Shown piece after piece: positions 62,790 to 64,000 of a stretch of DNA of 64,000 nucleotides. The stretch covers positions 67,518,001 to 67,582,000 of the forward strand of contig OZ241830.1 of NCBI GenBank assembly GCA_965202585.1, given 5' to 3'. The DNA is from Thalia democratica (Eukaryota). A program made the position numbers and the translations under genes. Under the pieces are notes generated by a model. That model saw nothing but the letters and a program-made list of their open reading frames with translations. It made no database searches and had not been told where the DNA came from. Positions within the stretch are counted from its first letter, which is position 1. Each line of letters opens with the position of its first letter.

Positions 62790-64000
62790 ATGTTAACTAA
62801 TACTTTTAAAACACTTTTAGGTCGGAAAAAATCTAAAGAAGCAATGTTTGTCTCGGCTTTCAAACTAAATAAACTTTTTCTACTAACAAACGTACCAAAA
62901 CTAAGCAGAAAAATTGAAGATAATTTAACTGTTCAAAACGTATCCACATACTGCCAGATGTCACACATTTACAATCTAAACGTTCTATTTAAAAAAACGT
63001 TCAGCTTCATTGAACGTTGTTTTGTAGGGGTTGCTGAAACTAAAAACTTTTTAGAAATAGAAGACATTTTGATTGCAAGAATAATGGGTAGTTCTGGGTT
63101 AAAAATTACTTCAGAATTAGAAGTTTTCAATGCTATAGATAGCTGGACTAGCTACAATACACAAAAAAGGAGCAAGCATGCAAAACATCTTTTTTTAAAG
63201 GTTCGGTTTCATCTTTTGCCCGATCGCACATTGAAACACGTTATTGATAAATCTTCATACTTTTCTAAAACTAAAGAACATGGTGCACTGTTCAATGCAG
63301 TTTTGGATAACAAAGAGAATTTTCCAAAAAAGTTGCTAAACAACTGCTACACCCATAGATATTGCGACCAACATGATTTTGATATAGTTATTTGTGGTGT
63401 TTTAGATGAACATTTAAAAAACTCAAACAAAGTGTTTCACAAAACAATAGAAAATGTGAAATTTATTACTCCAAAGAAACAAAAAGCAAATTTTAACCGA
63501 GTGGTTTGTTTGAAAGGAGAAATTTATGCAATAGCAGCAGGTAACTACATGTTTAAGGAAGACAAAACTACCATCGAAAAATACATTGCAAAAACGAATA
63601 CTTGGGAGAAAGTTTCACAAATAGACGACAACGGAGGACGAAGTTCATTTTGCTGCTGCGCTTTCATGAACGAAATATATTTACTAGGCGGCCGTTACCG
63701 ATGGTACGTGACCGACTCCTGCTTGAAGTTTGATGCAACAAGCCGCGCTTGGAAGGGAGTCACGGAGATGAGCGAAGCGCGCCAGCATGCGGCGTGCGCC
63801 GTTTTCCAAGGAAGAATCGTGGTTTGCGGCGGGGAAGATGACGAAGAAGAAAATTACTCGGAAACGGTCGAGTCGTATGACGTCATCACCGACACTTGGT
63901 CGCCGATGCCCAGCATGATGGAAAGCAAAAGCAGGCACAGCGCAGTTGCGGTGAGAAGCAAGTATTACGTCATCTGCGAACACGATTTTTGCGAGGTCTT
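62790..64000 (+). CDS. BACK-Kelch gene (repeat copy B), cut by the window end
   Basis: ATG at 62790; matches 29211-30421. Confidence 0.88.
   Translation, partial: MLTNTFKTLLGRKKSKEAMFVSAFKLNKLFLLTNVPKLSRKIEDNLTVQNVSTYCQMSHIYNLNVLFKKTFSFIERCFVGVAETKNFLEIEDILIARIMGSSGLKITSELEVFNAIDSWTSYNTQKRSKHAKHLFLKVRFHLLPDRTLKHVIDKSSYFSKTKEHGALFNAVLDNKENFPKKLLNNCYTHRYCDQHDFDIVICGVLDEHLKNSNKVFHKTIENVKFITPKKQKANFNRVVCLKGEIYAIAAGNYMFKEDKTTIEKYIAKTNTWEKVSQIDDNGGRSSFCCCAFMNEIYLLGGRYRWYVTDSCLKFDATSRAWKGVTEMSEARQHAACAVFQGRIVVCGGEDDEEENYSETVESYDVITDTWSPMPSMMESKSRHSAVAVRSKYYVICEHDFCEV

Larger units (their letters stand above)
33579..64000. repeat. Copy B of the ~33.58-kb tandem segmental repeat (runs off the window end)
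   Basis: Matches 1-30421. Differences noticed: a 1-bp T-run indel (~4480/38050), A5230/C38809, T5801/C39380 and T16154/A49733. Confidence 0.98.

Overview
AT-rich eukaryotic DNA, probably from an invertebrate animal; I cannot assign the taxon. The window is a near-perfect head-to-tail repeat with a period of 33,578-33,579 bp: 1-30421 recurs at 33579-64000, and I noticed only 4 differences by eye. Each unit carries: (i) the spliced 3' half of GTF3C3 (TFIIIC102/Tfc4) on the minus strand, whose N-terminal TPR half I could not find in the unit; (ii) two intronless BACK-Kelch ORFs on the plus strand, one truncated and one apparently frameshifted in its last repeat; (iii) intronic MITEs and a foldback element; (iv) a ~17-kb block of decayed mobile DNA (~7-24 kb). 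That block contains a cluster of long GC-rich hairpins, a strand-skewed multi-repeat relic, YY1-like tandem monomers, and a tandemly duplicated ~1.2-kb unit with a minimal hammerhead ribozyme. No reverse transcriptase, transposase or viral hallmark gene could be firmly recognised. Most ORFs in the supplied track are shadow or chance ORFs.
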